Below the pieces are notes generated by a model. The model was not told the origin of the DNA. It saw nothing but the letters and a program-made list of their open reading frames with translations, and ran no database searches. From the NCBI RefSeq assembly GCF_009914755.1, contig NC_060934.1: DNA of 64,000 nt, one strand, 5' to 3'. Both the position numbers and the translations under genes were made by a program. Positions 26,931 to 40,725 of this stretch are shown piece after piece (positions within the stretch are counted from its first letter, which is position 1; each line of letters starts with the position of its first letter). The DNA is from the human T2T-CHM13v2.0 reference genome, Homo sapiens.

Positions 26931-27494
26931 CCCCAGATGCAGGAACTCTAGGAGAGAATGCTCATTCATTCATTCACTCAATATTATTGCTTGCCTGCGC
27001 CCTGCCAATTGCTGGGCCAAGCCTTCAGGCCACAGCGCTGAGCCTGGGAATTCCGGGACCCAAAGAGTCCTTACACAGCATGGTGGGGAGGCAGCCAGGA
27101 CACCGAAGATGGCAGTGATGGTAGTGCTGGGGACAATGGCCACAGGGTGTTGGTAGGGGCTTCCAATCCAGTCTCAGTGCTCAGGGACTGTGCCCTGGAC
27201 TCAGTTTCTCTTTTGTTCACTGAACTAGGTATTCACGGGCAAATGGGGGTCAGCCCAAAGGAAGGGGGTTCAAGCTGAAAGACGTGAGAAGGCTTCATCC
27301 TGAAGCAGCACGCTGTCTTCCAGGAGCTGGGTCTACTTGGCCATAGCTAAGAGGATGGGATGGGGTTTGGGAATGGAGCCCTTACCCACAGCCTGCAAGG
27401 GAAGCAGGTGGTCCAGAAGTCTGAAGTAGGCACAGATGAGACACTCAGCCTCCAGTCTCCAGCATCACTCCCTCACACGAGGCTCTGCCGAATG

Positions 27495-27710
27495 ACAATA
27501 GCTCCATTTATCCACACATTTTGCGCCAGACATTTTGCTAAGCGTGTTACATAAATGGCCTTCTTCAATCTTCACTGAAACTCCATGGGGTGCAGTTACT
27601 GCTAACTCCATTTAACACAGGAGAAATCAAGGCTCCTTGTGGTTGTGCTACTTGACTGTGCTGGGGGTTGCACGTGGTCTGTTGGACAGAGGCCTAGATT
27701 TAACCAGGGA
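27495..27710 (-). mobile_element. MIR
   Basis: Degenerate antisense MIR (ccatttaacacaggagaaatcaagg). Confidence 0.55.
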
Positions 27711-28452
27711 TGACATTCAACATGTTTCACAATAGGGGCTTTGGAGACTCTGACCCCTCAGTTAAGATGCCACCCAGAAGCTTGCTGGTGTGCACCAGCT
27801 GAACGTCAACTCTACTTGTAACCAAAGCAAGCACTTGGAATCATGCTGGGAATATAGTAAGCACCAGAAAAATGTAGCTATTCCTTTTCTTGTTTTCTTT
27901 ATTAATCACCCTGTCTGGGACTATGGGGAAAGCGGGCCATTCTGTTCCATCTCTCCTCCCATTTTTTTTCTGGTATATTTTTCAAAGCTCTTATTTACAG
28001 GCTATTTTGCTGCTCAAGAATCTTCAATGGCTCCCCTTTGCCTACAGAGAAAACTCTAACTCCTCTGCCCAACAGTCACGGGTCCCCTTGGCTGGCTCCA
28101 AACTCCCTGTCCAGGTGGACTTCTGCCTGCTCTCTAAGGAGGTCCTTCTCCCCCAGGCTGCCTCTTCGCTGTGTCCCGATGCGCCATGTGCTTTCCTCCC
28201 CGGGGCCCTCACTGAGCCATGACCCCTCCTGAAATATCTCCTCACCCTCTTCACTGACCTGACTTCAAGGCTGCTGAAATTCTGCCTCCACCAAGAAGCC
28301 TTCTGAATACTCCGGCACTCAGAGGGCTCCCATTTTTAAATGTCCTGCAGCTCTCTCTGTTCTGCTAACACTTGTTCACGTGCCATGTGGCAACTATTTT
28401 TGGTCTGCTTCCCACAGCCCAATCACAAAATCAACCTCTTGGTGTCAGGAGT

Positions 28453-28610
28453 CAGCACTTCCCAAACTTTTATGTGCCGTGAATCACCTGGAGATCTTGT
28501 GAAGCTGCAGCTCCCGGGTGAGGAGGCGTGAGGTGGGGCCCAAGACCCCGCATTTCTAACAAGCTCCCAGGCGATGCTGTGTCCTGGGGCCACACTTGGA
28601 GCACAAGGGC
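28453..28610. mobile_element. MER5A1-like MITE
   Basis: cagcacttcccaaactt...gaatcacctggagatcttgtgaa...catttctaacaagctcccaggcgatgctg. Confidence 0.8.
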
Positions 28611-28634
28611 TGAGCCATCCGGCAGAGCCTCTGT

Positions 28635-28783
28635 CCCTTGGTTCTCAGCCCTGGGACCTGAGAAAAATACTTCTCCTGGGCCCTACCTCCAGAATCTCTG
28701 CTTATTGGTGGAGAGCGAACCAGGTACTGGTGTGTTTACAGAGCTTTTCAGGTGACTGTGATGGGCAGCTAGGATAGAGCCAC
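28635..28783. mobile_element. MER5-family MITE, opposite orientation to its neighbour
   Basis: ggttctcagccctgg...cctgggccctacctccaga...ttcaggtgactgtgatgggcagctaggatagagccactg. Confidence 0.6.
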
Positions 28784-29200
28784 TGAGCTGGCACCGTCCC
28801 TCACCCCAACAGGTGTGCGTTTTTATGTGGTCCAGGATTCTCAGATTAGACCCTGTTGGAGGGCAGGAAGCTAGTTCCTTAGGCATGGGGCAGGCTGGGG
28901 CAGCCAGAGCCCTACAGTGTTTTTGTGGGTGGGTGCCCACTAACCACTAGGGAACTTTGAGGGGATAGAGAGAGAGCATCCTCCCTGCACGGTCCCAGCC
29001 AAAGGCATCTCTGAACCCACCGACACCATCCACCACAAGGCACAGACAGTTGACAACTCAGGAGGGACCAGGAGGGGAGTCTCAGGAGCGGTTTGGCCAG
29101 AAGCTCCCTCCTCCTGCCATTCGGCCTGGCTGGGCACCTGGGAACCAAGGACTCCCCTCCTGGCACCCAGGAAACCGCCACTGTGCCGAGTTAGAAGGCA

Positions 29201-29220
29201 CAGGGCGCCCTCTGCTGGGA
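29201..29220 (-). promoter_or_regulatory. Candidate CTCF site
   Basis: Reverse complement TCCCAGCAGAGGGCGCCCTG matches the core CCASYAGRKGGCRS with its CpG intact. Confidence 0.65.
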
Positions 29221-30154
29221 GGTTTGGGTTTGAGCATTTCTCCCCAGGGACTCAGGTAGAATGGGGTAAATCAGGGGAGGGCAGGGAGGGCTGTTCTGTG
29301 TCTCTTCTTTGTCTTCCTATTTCAGGGTCTGCAGAGCCAAAATCCAGTTTAGACGAAGGATCGCAGGTTGAGACTCTGAAGGGTGGGACGGATTTGCTCA
29401 CGCAGCCAAATCACACTGAGGCTCTTTCTGCCCGTTTCACCTTTTCCTTCTCGTTATCATCACCGTCAGCACCGATCCACCTGCACTGGCTCAGGCTTCG
29501 AGGCAACAGGATTGAAAACACAGCTTTTGTTCTGTGTCTCCAAGAAGGCTCAGCTGCTCTGAGCACCCACAGTTCCTGATCTGGACTCCCTTGTGGTTTA
29601 TAACGCACTTGAGTCAATGTGGGGTCAGTGTTAGGAGCAGTGGTGATGAGAGTTAGAATTCAGTCTGGGGCTAGGACCAACGGGCATTCTTACAAAGTCA
29701 GGGATCAGACTGCATCCAGAGTCCAATCACCAGGTAAGCACCAGCAGGTAGGTCCGGCTCACTAAAGGCTATGGCCAAGCCTCTGGCCACAGTGAAGGAG
29801 GCCCGTGTCTGGGAGACCAAGGCAGAAGAAGAAGACCGAGAAAGCAGAACATGTCCCTGTTTCCTCCAGCTCCCCCAGGATGGCTGCTCTGAGCTTTCAT
29901 GATGCTATGGGCCCGTAGTTCAGGGGTCAGCACGCAGTGCACCAATGGCCAGCCCTCTGGGCTTGACTCCATGGTGGGCCCACCCTGTGGCTCTCTCTCA
30001 GGGTGCAGTGTCTTACTGTAATATCTATCAACTTTGTCATAAATGCATGTTCTTGGCCCAGGGGAGGGTGAGCTATACCGAGGGGAAGGGGTCCAGCATT
30101 ATTTTAGGGTGGAGAGTCAGCATGTGAACACGTGTGGTCATTGATGCTACTGTA

Positions 30155-30318
30155 GACCAGGGGCGTGAAACCTGGGGCCTGAGGGTGGGCGCCGCAGGCC
30201 ACTGAGGGTCCACAAACCCACCTGGAATTGTGTGGGATTTGTGTGTGTCCAATTTTATGTGGTTTTCCATCAGATTCTCAAAGGACCATAACCAAAAATT
30301 AGTTTAGAATCCTTGCCT
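30155..30318. mobile_element. hAT-Charlie MITE fragment
   Basis: ttccatcagattctcaaaggaccataaccaaaaattagtttagaatcc terminal motif. Confidence 0.55.
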
Positions 30319-30333
30319 AGGCCTATTCTTCCC

Positions 30334-30630
30334 TTTATTTATTTACTTGGAGACAGGGTCTTGTTTGTTGCCCAGGCTAGAGTACAGTGGCACAATCACG
30401 GCTCACTGCAGCCTCGACCTTCCAGGCTCAATTGATCCTCCCACCTCAGCCACCTGAGTAGCTGGGACCACAGATACGCACTTCCACACCCGTTAATTTT
30501 TGTACTATTTCGTAGAAATGGGGCTTCACCATGTTGCCCAGGCTGGTCTTGAACTCCTGGGCTCAAGCAATCTTCCCACCTGGGTCTCTCAAATTGCTGG
30601 GATTACAGGCATGAGCCACTGCACCTCGCC
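30334..30630 (-). mobile_element. AluJ
   Basis: gcagcctcgacc, ctcctgggctcaagcaatc. Confidence 0.93.
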
Positions 30631-31393
30631 CTTATCTTTTTAAAAAAACACTTTAAAAATAGCTTTATCGAGGTATAACTGATAGAGCATGAATTGCCTA
30701 TATTTAAAGTGTTCAACTTAATAAAAAATGTTGACATATGTATACATTGTGAAACGATCACCACAATCAAGACAGTGAACATCCTTATCACCCTCAAAAG
30801 TTGATCTGCTTTCTGTCACTATAGATGAATTTGAATTTTTCTAGAATGTTCTATTAATGGATGCATACAGTGTATACTTTCTTGGGTCCAATTTCTTTTA
30901 TTCTGCCTAATTAATTTGGTGGCCATCCACATTACTGTGTGTGTCAGCAGTTCATGGCTCTTTATCACTGAGTGGTGTTCCATTGTGTGGAAGGACCACA
31001 ATTTGTATTTCCATTCATCTGCTGATGGACGTTTGAGTTGTTCCCAGTTTTTGGCTATTACAAAGAAAGCTGCTATGAGCATTCATGCACACATGGGCAA
31101 ATGCTTTCATTTTTCTTGGGTGGAAAGAAGTTGTTAAACTGTTTTCTGTAATGGAATGTCATCTTACATTCTCTGCAGCAGCGTGTGTGAGTTCCAGTTG
31201 CTCCATGTGCTGGCCAACACTCACTAAAGTTAGTCTTTTTAAGCTATTTTTAGCCACTCTAGTGGGTGTTCAATTTGCATTTTCCTAATGACTAATGGTA
31301 TTGAGCATCTTTTCACATGCTTATTTGTTATCCACATATCTTCTTTGGTGAAATGTCAGTTCAAATATTTTGCCCACTTAAAAAATTGGGTTC

Positions 31394-31708
<315 letters not shown>

Positions 31709-32840
31709 TTAAAAATGGGGTTGTTTGCTGTTTGATTGAGTTGTAAGAATTCTTTATATATAGTCTAGATATAAGGCCTTTGCTGGATAAATTTGTTGCA
31801 AATATTTTTCCCAGTGTGTGGTTTGCCATTTCATTTTCATAAGCATATATTTTTGAAGAGCAAACTTTTAAAATTTTGAAGCCCAATGTATTTATTTTTA
31901 ATAGTTTGTGCTTTTTGCATTACATTTATAAAACCTTTTCCAAATCCAAGTCACTAGGGTTCCTCCTATGTTTTCTTCTAATTTTGTAAATTTAGCTCTT
32001 ACATTTAGGTCTATGTTCTTTTGAGCTAACTTTTATATATGGTGCAAGTTATGAATCTAAGTTATTTATGAATTCAAGTTCCTATTTATTTATTTATTTT
32101 TGCATGTGGGTATCTAATTGTCTAATTGTTCCAGCACCATTTGTTGAAAAGATTATCTTTTACGCATTACCCGGCACCTCTGTCAAAAATCAGTTGATCA
32201 CATACAAGTGGGTCTACTTTTAGACTCTATTACTTTCTCCCAGGTACAGATCTCCTTCTCTGTGGGTGGATGTTTGGCCATAGCCTTTACTAAGATGGAC
32301 CTGTCCGCTGGTGCTTACCTGGTGATTGGACTGTGTACCTGGGCTGCCTTCTGACTCTGTAAGAATGACCCCTATCTCTCGTTCCAGACTAAATGTCCAC
32401 TATTGATCTATTGTCTATCTTCATACCAATACCCTATTGTCTTGATTACTATAGTTTTTAATAAGTCATACAATCACATAGAGTAAGTCTTTCAATATTG
32501 TTCTTTTTCAAAGTTGTTTTGGCTGTTCTACATCCTTTGTATTTCCATATAACTTTAGAATCAGTTTGTCAATGTCTACAAAAACCCTACTGGGATTTTA
32601 ACGGGGATTTTATTGATTTAATGGGGATTTTATTGATTCTATATATCAATTCGGTGGAAATATTGTCTTATAATATTGTCTTCCAATCCAAGAACACAGT
32701 ATATCTCTCAATTTATTTAGCTTTATAATTTCACTCAGCAGTGCTTTGTAGTTCTCAGTGTAAGGTCTTACACATCTTTTGCCAGATTTATCCCTAAGTA
32801 TTTCATATTTTTTCATTCTATTGTAAATGGTAGTATTTTA

Positions 32841-33180
<340 letters not shown>

Positions 33181-33317
33181 TAAATTTCAATTTCTGATTC
33201 TTGGTTGCTAGTATATTCGAAATACAATTGATTTTTGTATAATGATCTTAAATTCTATAATCTTCCTACTCACTTATTAATTCTAGTACCTTTTTTGTAA
33301 GTTTTATATGATTTTCT

Positions 33318-33442
33318 TTTTTTTTTCTTTGAGACAAAGTTTCATTCTTGTTGCCCAGGCTGGTGTGCAGTGGGGCAGTCTCAGCTCACTGCAACCTCTG
33401 CCTCCTGCCTCAGCCTCCCAAGTAGCTGGGATTACAGGCACC
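33318..33442 (-). mobile_element. 5'-truncated AluS right arm with internal deletion
   Basis: TSD tatatgattttct/tataggattttct. Confidence 0.9.
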
Positions 33443-34494
33443 TATAGGATTTTCTATGTAGACATTTATGTTATCTGCAAATAAAGACAGTTTACTTCTT
33501 CCTTTCAAATCTGGATGTTTTAAATTTCTTTTTCTTGCCTTATTACACTGGCTGCAACCCCAGTGCAATGTTAAGTAGGAATGGCAAAAGTGGACATCCT
33601 TGCCTTGTTTCCAGTAATGGGTAGCAGGGAAGTTTTCAAGCATTTACTCCTCCTTGGCTTTTATTGGCCCTGGCAGGGGTGACCTTTTATAACTGGTTGG
33701 AGGACCCCAATGTTTGCCCCAGGGCATTGCGCTCTTCTTTCCAGTGTTTTGGTGCAAGCCCTGTTGAGCGTGAAAGTGCCTTGGGGACAGGGATGGTATA
33801 TTTGACTCCAGCTCTCTACACCGTGCCTGGCATGGCACTCAGCATGACAAATTCTCATTGCCAACCAGGTCACTAAATCAGGCCGAAAGGGCCTGTTTGT
33901 ACTGCTGTCCACCCCATCCCCTTTGCTTTCCTCCTGGACAAAGGCAGCCATGCTTCCCTCCTTTCCTTCTCTTCCCCTCCAGAAACCTGAATGGAAGGAG
34001 ACATGAAAGGAAAGCACTCAGGTTTCACCAGCATCAAGTTACTTCTATGCGGTGTCCTCATTCGAAAATAAACCTGAGGGGGTAAGGGAAGGGGAGGTGG
34101 TGACAGAGACAGGAGAGAGCTGTTATCACAGCTCTGCTTCCAGGCTGTATTTTTAGGCTGGCATTTAGGTTTGGCCTGGGGACAAGGGGCTGGAAAATGC
34201 AAGGCATTTCCTCTTCCTGTCAGCTGAGACACGGTGTGTGTGTGAGTGTGTGGACAGGGCCCTGCCACCTTCCCACTTAGCGCCTCCAGAATAGCAAACA
34301 AAATACACTTCCTCCGCAGGCCTGCTGCGCTCCTCATCTTGAGACTCTATCAAGGCTCCTCCCCAAACTATGAGCGCTGTTAACAGCGCTAGGCAGCTCC
34401 TCAGCCATGGGAGGGACGAGACTCTGAGGTCCTGGGGGGGATATTTTAGAAGGTCTCAATGACAACATAACAGGTTCATTTGTTTACTTGTTTA

Positions 34495-34690
34495 TTCATT
34501 ACTGCTGTGTATCGTGCATGAGCTACGTAACCACTCTGTGCCTCAGTTTCCCCATGGAGATGTCACTAAAACTTGCTTCATAAGGGCGCTGAGAGGATTC
34601 AATGAGTTAATACTGGATATAAAGTGGTAACGTGCTTAAAACAGCACTTGGCAGGTAGGAAGGGCTGAGGAAAGGTTCGCTGTCATTATC
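34495..34690 (+). mobile_element. MIR
   Basis: ctctgtgcctcagtttcccca...gaggattcaatgagttaata...aacagcacttggca. Confidence 0.8.
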
Positions 34691-35039
34691 TGAGTGCCTA
34701 CTGCATACCACCCTTGAGCTTGGGTCCCCCGGGGGCAGGGGCTTCGGTGGTGAATGAGACAGGTACTGTCTCTGACCTTTTGTAGTTTACTCAGTTGGAG
34801 ACCTGGTTGCCGCCTTTGAGCAGTGTAAGTTTTCAACCACAACTTTGGACCAGGGTCCTGGAAACACATGGAGTGAAAGGTCTTCTTTACCACTACAAGG
34901 TGACAAACTAATCAGAGACACGAAGGTGTTGATGTTATTAGCACTTTGTGGAGCTCTGGCTGGCTTTGTTTCTTTTTTGCTCTGTGAAGTTGTTTCACAT
35001 CTCCGGGTCTCATTTTTCTCACTTGTAAAATGAGAGGGA

Positions 35040-35717
<678 letters not shown>

Positions 35718-36174
35718 TTATTGTAATTTTTTAATTTGGAAAAAAATGAGGAGAGCAGTTAAAGTAGATGGTTACCTAGGTCTGTTCCAATCCTTCCTTC
35801 TACAAACCAAAATATCTCTTTCTTTCCCTTCCTGTTGTCTTTCTCTTTCACACACAGTTATCAGGGCTGCCTGCTCCAGAGCACAGGTTGTGCACTGCAC
35901 AACTCCAGGGAGTGCCCTTCTTCAAGACTGCAGCGTGGGTGGCACAACTTGTTCAACTGCATAATCCAGTCTGTTTCTGATCTACCTGATCAGAAGGTAG
36001 TCTCTTGTGTCCATCTCCTGAGTTTATGCAAAGTAGAAAAAAAATTCAGCATCAACTAGAAATAGCAAACAGAACACATTTATCTGATCTTCCCCCTTTG
36101 TATCATCCATTACATTTAGAAGATTGTTTTATGGTTGGTTTCTTTTGCCTGAGACTTAGCAAGTGCTTGTTGAC

Positions 36175-36490
36175 ATTCCCAGTCATTCATTTTGCAAATA
36201 TTTCCCAAGCACTCACAGTGTGCTGGGCACGGTGGAGGTGCTGGACACAGCTAAGCATGGAGTCCCTCGTCTCATGGCACATGCATTATAGTTCCAGGAG
36301 GCAGACCAGAAACACGCAAACAAATAGGAAGCCAACGTACAAGAGTGTTAAGTGCCATGTAGACAATGACTGATGGTCCTGGGCAGGATGGCGTGAGGGG
36401 TTGCTTTAGACTGTGATAAAGGAAGGCTTCCTGGGGGAGGTGATATTTGAATTGTCACCTGAATGACAAGAAGGAGCCAGCCAAGTGTAT
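36175..36490 (-). mobile_element. L2 fragment
   Basis: ggaaggcttcctgggggaggtgatatttga...tgaatgacaagaaggagccagcc. Confidence 0.7.
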
Positions 36491-36974
36491 GTGGGGGCAA
36501 AGTCCTCTCGGGTCTCCTCACATCGGGCCTGGCAGGGAAGGGGTGAAGCCACCTCGTGCTCTTGGCCTCTCTTCCTCACTCCTTGCCCTGTCTTCTCCAC
36601 TTTCCTCCACCTGAGGAAAAATCCCCAGAGGCCTTCCATTCAGATAACGGAGAAGCCTTTGCAAGAGGGGGCTCAGAAATCTCCACCCAGACTGGAGCCT
36701 CTCCTCCATCCTTCCCCTTCCTACAGATCCCAGCAGAGAGAAAGGAGTCGTTCAGGTCTCTCTCCTGAGTAGATGTTTGGGGTGGATCTCCTCTGTCAAG
36801 CCAAATGTTACAGGGATTTGTGAAGGCCACCCAGGAGAGGGGAAGCCCAGCTTACTCAAAGGCTGCCCTGACTGGGATGGTGGGATAACCAGGATCACTA
36901 GATCAGGCTGACAAAGAACAAAATTGCCTCCACTGTCCACAAGAATGGTGGTGGGAGCACCCTGTTGGAGCAGG

Positions 36975-37140
36975 TGGCCATGAGTTCGAACCCTGTCTCA
37001 GCTTCTTACTGGCTGGGTGACTTTGAGGAGGCAACTTCACCTCTGTCTCAGTTTCCTCATTTGTAATAGGGGTGCTGTGAGGACTAGGAGAGTTTACCCA
37101 CACAGTGCTCAGGGCAGCATTTGGTGCACAAAACACGTGT
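36975..37140 (+). mobile_element. MIR
   Basis: gtgactttgaggaggcaacttcacctctgtctcagtttcctcatttgtaatagg. Confidence 0.8.
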
Positions 37141-37456
37141 GTTTGCTCCGACGTCATTTTCCAGGAGGGTTTCTGTCCACTGCAGAGTTGTCTTCCATTC
37201 GTCAGCAATCTCTTTTCCACCTCTACAAACACAGCCTTGGCTCATTCACAGAAGTCTTGATCTGGAAGAGACAGAGCTATAGACAGGTCAGGGGAGTGCC
37301 TGATGGGAGTTTCTGGTATGTGGGAGAATGGGGCAGCCTATGCGGGACAGTGTTTTCCTGACTGTGTGGACCAGTGTTTTGAGCTTGAATATGTAGGTAT
37401 CTACATTTGCTTCTCTAATCAAGAGAGAGTTCCTTACTGCATTCTACTAGCAAAGC

Positions 37457-37545
37457 CCATCCATCCATCCATCCATCCATCCATCCATCCATCCATCCCT
37501 CCATCCATCCATCCAATCCATCCATCCATCCAATCCATCCATCCA
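37457..37545 (+). repeat. (CATC)n microsatellite
   Basis: Directly visible. Confidence 0.95.
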
Positions 37546-37847
37546 ACAAATATTCCCTAGCACTTATTTTTGCTAGGTATTGTGCTGGCTTTGCAAAGGT
37601 AAGTACTTTATCCTAGGTTCCCCTGGAAACACAGCCTGTGGTCAAATTTATGTGCTAATGTTTTATTGTGGGGTGCAACCCCCAGCAGCAAGAGTGAGGA
37701 GGGAGAAAAATAAGGCAGAGGGGAAGGAAAGCAAAACCCAGCTGTGCCCTTGGCATGATTTGAGGGCTTCAGGGCAGCCATGGCTTCTGAAAGGAAAGTT
37801 TTGAGTTCAGCATGTCTTCTGTGGGGCTTTCTTTGCTTCTTTTTAAA

Positions 37848-38497
37848 AGCTTTATTAAATAATGATAAAATATACATAGACTAAAACTTACCATTTTAAT
37901 AATTTTTAGGTATACAGTTTAGTGACATTAAACACAATGATATTGTTGTGTAGCCATCGCTACCATCTATCTCCAGAACTTTTCCAACTTGTAAAACCGA
38001 AACCCTCTACCCATTAAACATGAACACTCCCATTCCTCCTTCCCCTCCAGCCCCTGGTAACCACCATTCTGCTTTCTATCTCTGTGAATTTGGCTCCTCT
38101 AGTTACCTCACATAAATGGAATCATACAGTATTTTTTCTATTTGTGACTGGCTTATTTCACTTAGCGTAATGTCCTCCAGGTTCATCCGTGTTTTAGCAT
38201 GTGTCAGAATTTCCTTGCTTTTTAAGGCTGGATAGGATTCCATTGTATGGATAGCCCACATTTTGTTTATCCATTTATGTTTGATGGGTGGTTGGGTTCC
38301 TTCCACCTTTTGGCTGCTGTGAGTAATGCTGCTATGAACATGGGTGTACACAGATCTGTTTGAGTCCCTGCTTCCAATTCTTTTACTTCTATAGATCCAG
38401 AAGTAGCATGGCTGGACCATATGGTAATTCGACGTTTAATTTTTTTAAGGAACCTCCATCCTGTTTTCCAAAGTGGCTGTGCCATTTTACATTCCAT
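37848..38497 (-). mobile_element. L1MB 3' end
   Basis: cagcccctggtaaccaccattct...ggaatcatacagtat...; minus-strand peptides are ORF2p C-terminus-like. Confidence 0.9.
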
Positions 38498-38504
38498 AGG
38501 GCTT

Positions 38505-38656
38505 TCTTTCTTTTTTAGACACAGGGTCTCACTCTGTCACCCAGGCTGAAGTGCAGTGGTGTGATACTACCTCACTGCAGCCTTGAACTCCTGGGCTCAA
38601 GCAATCTTCCTGCCTTGGCCTCCTGATACTACAGTTATGTACCATCACCCCCAGCT
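38505..38656 (-). mobile_element. Alu monomer (FLAM/FRAM or AluJ fragment)
   Basis: cagggtctcactctgtcacccaggctg...ctcctgggctcaagcaatc. Confidence 0.85.
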
Positions 38657-38899
38657 CTGTGGGGCTTTCTCTTAAGGAGCAGGTGTGTTGTGAATGTCAG
38701 ATGTCCCCCAAATGAAGCACCAGGTGCCCCTAGTTTCCTTCCTTCATCCTCACAGTAGCTTAGGGTTGTCATAATGCTCTTGCTACCCATTGTCACACTG
38801 ACTTTGAGGTGGTGTCATTATACCCCCTTTACAGAAAACGACACTGAGCCCCAGAGTCTAAGACGGGCAGCTGCTGGTCTGTCTGTCCAGCCTCCATTC

Positions 38900-39755
38900 T
38901 CCCTCCCCCTGGTTACAGCTTCTCAATTTTCCATTGGGGAGCCACTCCTCTACTCGCAATGTACGCTGAGGCACTGGGGGCTGCCCACACTCCTTGGCTC
39001 CAGGGGCAAACCAGATATTCCATTTTCCTTGGACATGGTGCTTGGTTTAGTAGGAGTTTCATGACCCAAACCTGACCAACCAGAGCCTATGAGCACCTTT
39101 TGGAAATTTGCCAAGAGTTTGGGGAAGTGGAGTTAGCTTTCAACTGGGATTGCTAAGCAAATAGAATGTGAACCTTCAGCTGCTGGTAGCCACTTCTACC
39201 ACCCCTTAGGATAACTGAAACTGAGCAAGAAGCCAACCTAGAGACATGAAACCAAGAGGTGAAAAGATAGACTCCAAACAATGTCACCTGAGCACCTGGA
39301 TTTACCTGTGAAGCTACTAGATATGCTCTTGGACTTTTCAATTACAGAAGCCAGTAAATCTCCTTCTTAGCTTAAGCAACTGAGTTGAAGTTCTCTCTCT
39401 TGCAGGATTTTTTTTTTTTTTTTTGGACAGAGTCTCACTCTATTGCCCAGGCTGGAGTGCCATGGTGCAATCTTGGCTCACTGCAACCTTAGCTCACTGC
39501 AACCTCCATCTCCCAGGCTCAAGCGATTTTCCTTCCTCAGCCTCCCAAATAGCTGGGATTACAGGAACCCACCACCACACCTGGCTGATTTTTGTATTTT
39601 TAGTAGAGATGGGGTTTCACCATGTTGGCCAGGCTGGTCCTGAACTCCTGACCTCAGGCGATCCACCCACCTCAACCTCCCAAAGTGCTGGGATTACAGG
39701 TGTGAGCCACCGCGCCTGGCCTCTTGCAGGATTCTTGAAGGGAATCCTGACTAGT
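38900..39755 (+). mobile_element. Ancient ERVL LTR (LTR33-like) split by an Alu
   Basis: tggacttttcaattacagaagccagtaaatc...cttaagc...ctcttgca|ggaatcctgacta. Confidence 0.55.
39410..39721 (-). mobile_element. AluSx-like with a 16-bp internal tandem duplication
   Basis: TSD tcttgcaggatt; gctcactgcaacct x2. Confidence 0.95.
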
Positions 39756-39994
39756 TCGGGGAGTTTAAGAAACTCGCTCAAGATCAGCCAGGAAATGGTG
39801 ATGCCAAAAACTCAAACCCCTAACGGAGTTCCCAACTTAGATCCGGATCCCGGCTCAGGATCAAGACTAGCCGTTGTTGGACTGTCCTCCAGAACTCTAG
39901 GATTAGCATCCCGAGACGGGAGCTAGATCTTGGCTGAAGCACTGTAGGAATCAGCGTAGTCACAAAGCACAGAACTCATGAGCTGAACCTAGGC

Positions 39995-40310
39995 AGGAAT
40001 TGGCATGTTACCACCCAAGGGCCAAATCCAGCCCACCTCTTGTTTTCGTACAGTCCACAAGCTAAGAATTCTTTTTACATTTTTAGATGATTGGAAAAAA
40101 ATCAAAAGAAGAATATTCTGTGGCATATGAAAATTATATGAAATTCAAGTTTCAGTGTCCATAAATACTGTTTCATTGGAATGCATTCATATTCATTCAT
40201 TTGCATGTTGTCTATTGCTGCTTCGTGCTTCAAGAGAAGAGTTGCGTAGTCATCGAAGAGACCGCCTAACATTTTAGTACCTGGCCTATATAGGAAAAGT
40301 TTACCCATTG
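39995..40310. mobile_element. MER58B-like hAT-Charlie MITE
   Basis: gggccaaatccagccc...aaaatcaaaagaagaatatt...aaattatatgaaattcaa. Confidence 0.85.
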
Positions 40311-40549
40311 CTGCCAAGCTCTGAGCTTCCCTCCTTAGCTTTCTTGTGGCTTTTTTCCCAAGCTACTCATCTCGTCCCTTCCTGCTTCCCCTTCCTCCAG
40401 TCCTGGTTCTTAAAGAGGCAGGACCTCTGTGAAATCAGTGAATGCTTGGGAAGCTCCCAGCACAGAGCCTGGGGCACTGTTAGTGCTCAGTCACTGAAAG
40501 GTGTTGGGAAGGAACCTGAGTCAGCAGTGCAGCACATACGTGCAGCCTC

Positions 40550-40725
40550 TGCATCCTGTCTCTGCTGCTCACTCCCTGTGTGACCTTGGGCTAGTTGCTT
40601 CCTGTGAAATAGGAATAAGAATAGTCCCTACCTCATAGGGCCCTGGTGAAGATCAAATTAGTCATTGCATGTAAAGTGCTTCCAAGAGTGCTGGGCACAC
40701 AGAAAACGTTTGATAAGATCCTAAT
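40550..40725 (+). mobile_element. MIR
   Basis: ctgtgtgaccttgggc...cctacctcataggg...atgtaaagtgct. Confidence 0.8.

Noticed and set aside
39476-39505. Short tandem duplications inside repeats (also 48575-48610 and ~32600-32640)
   Set aside because: Ordinary slippage events.
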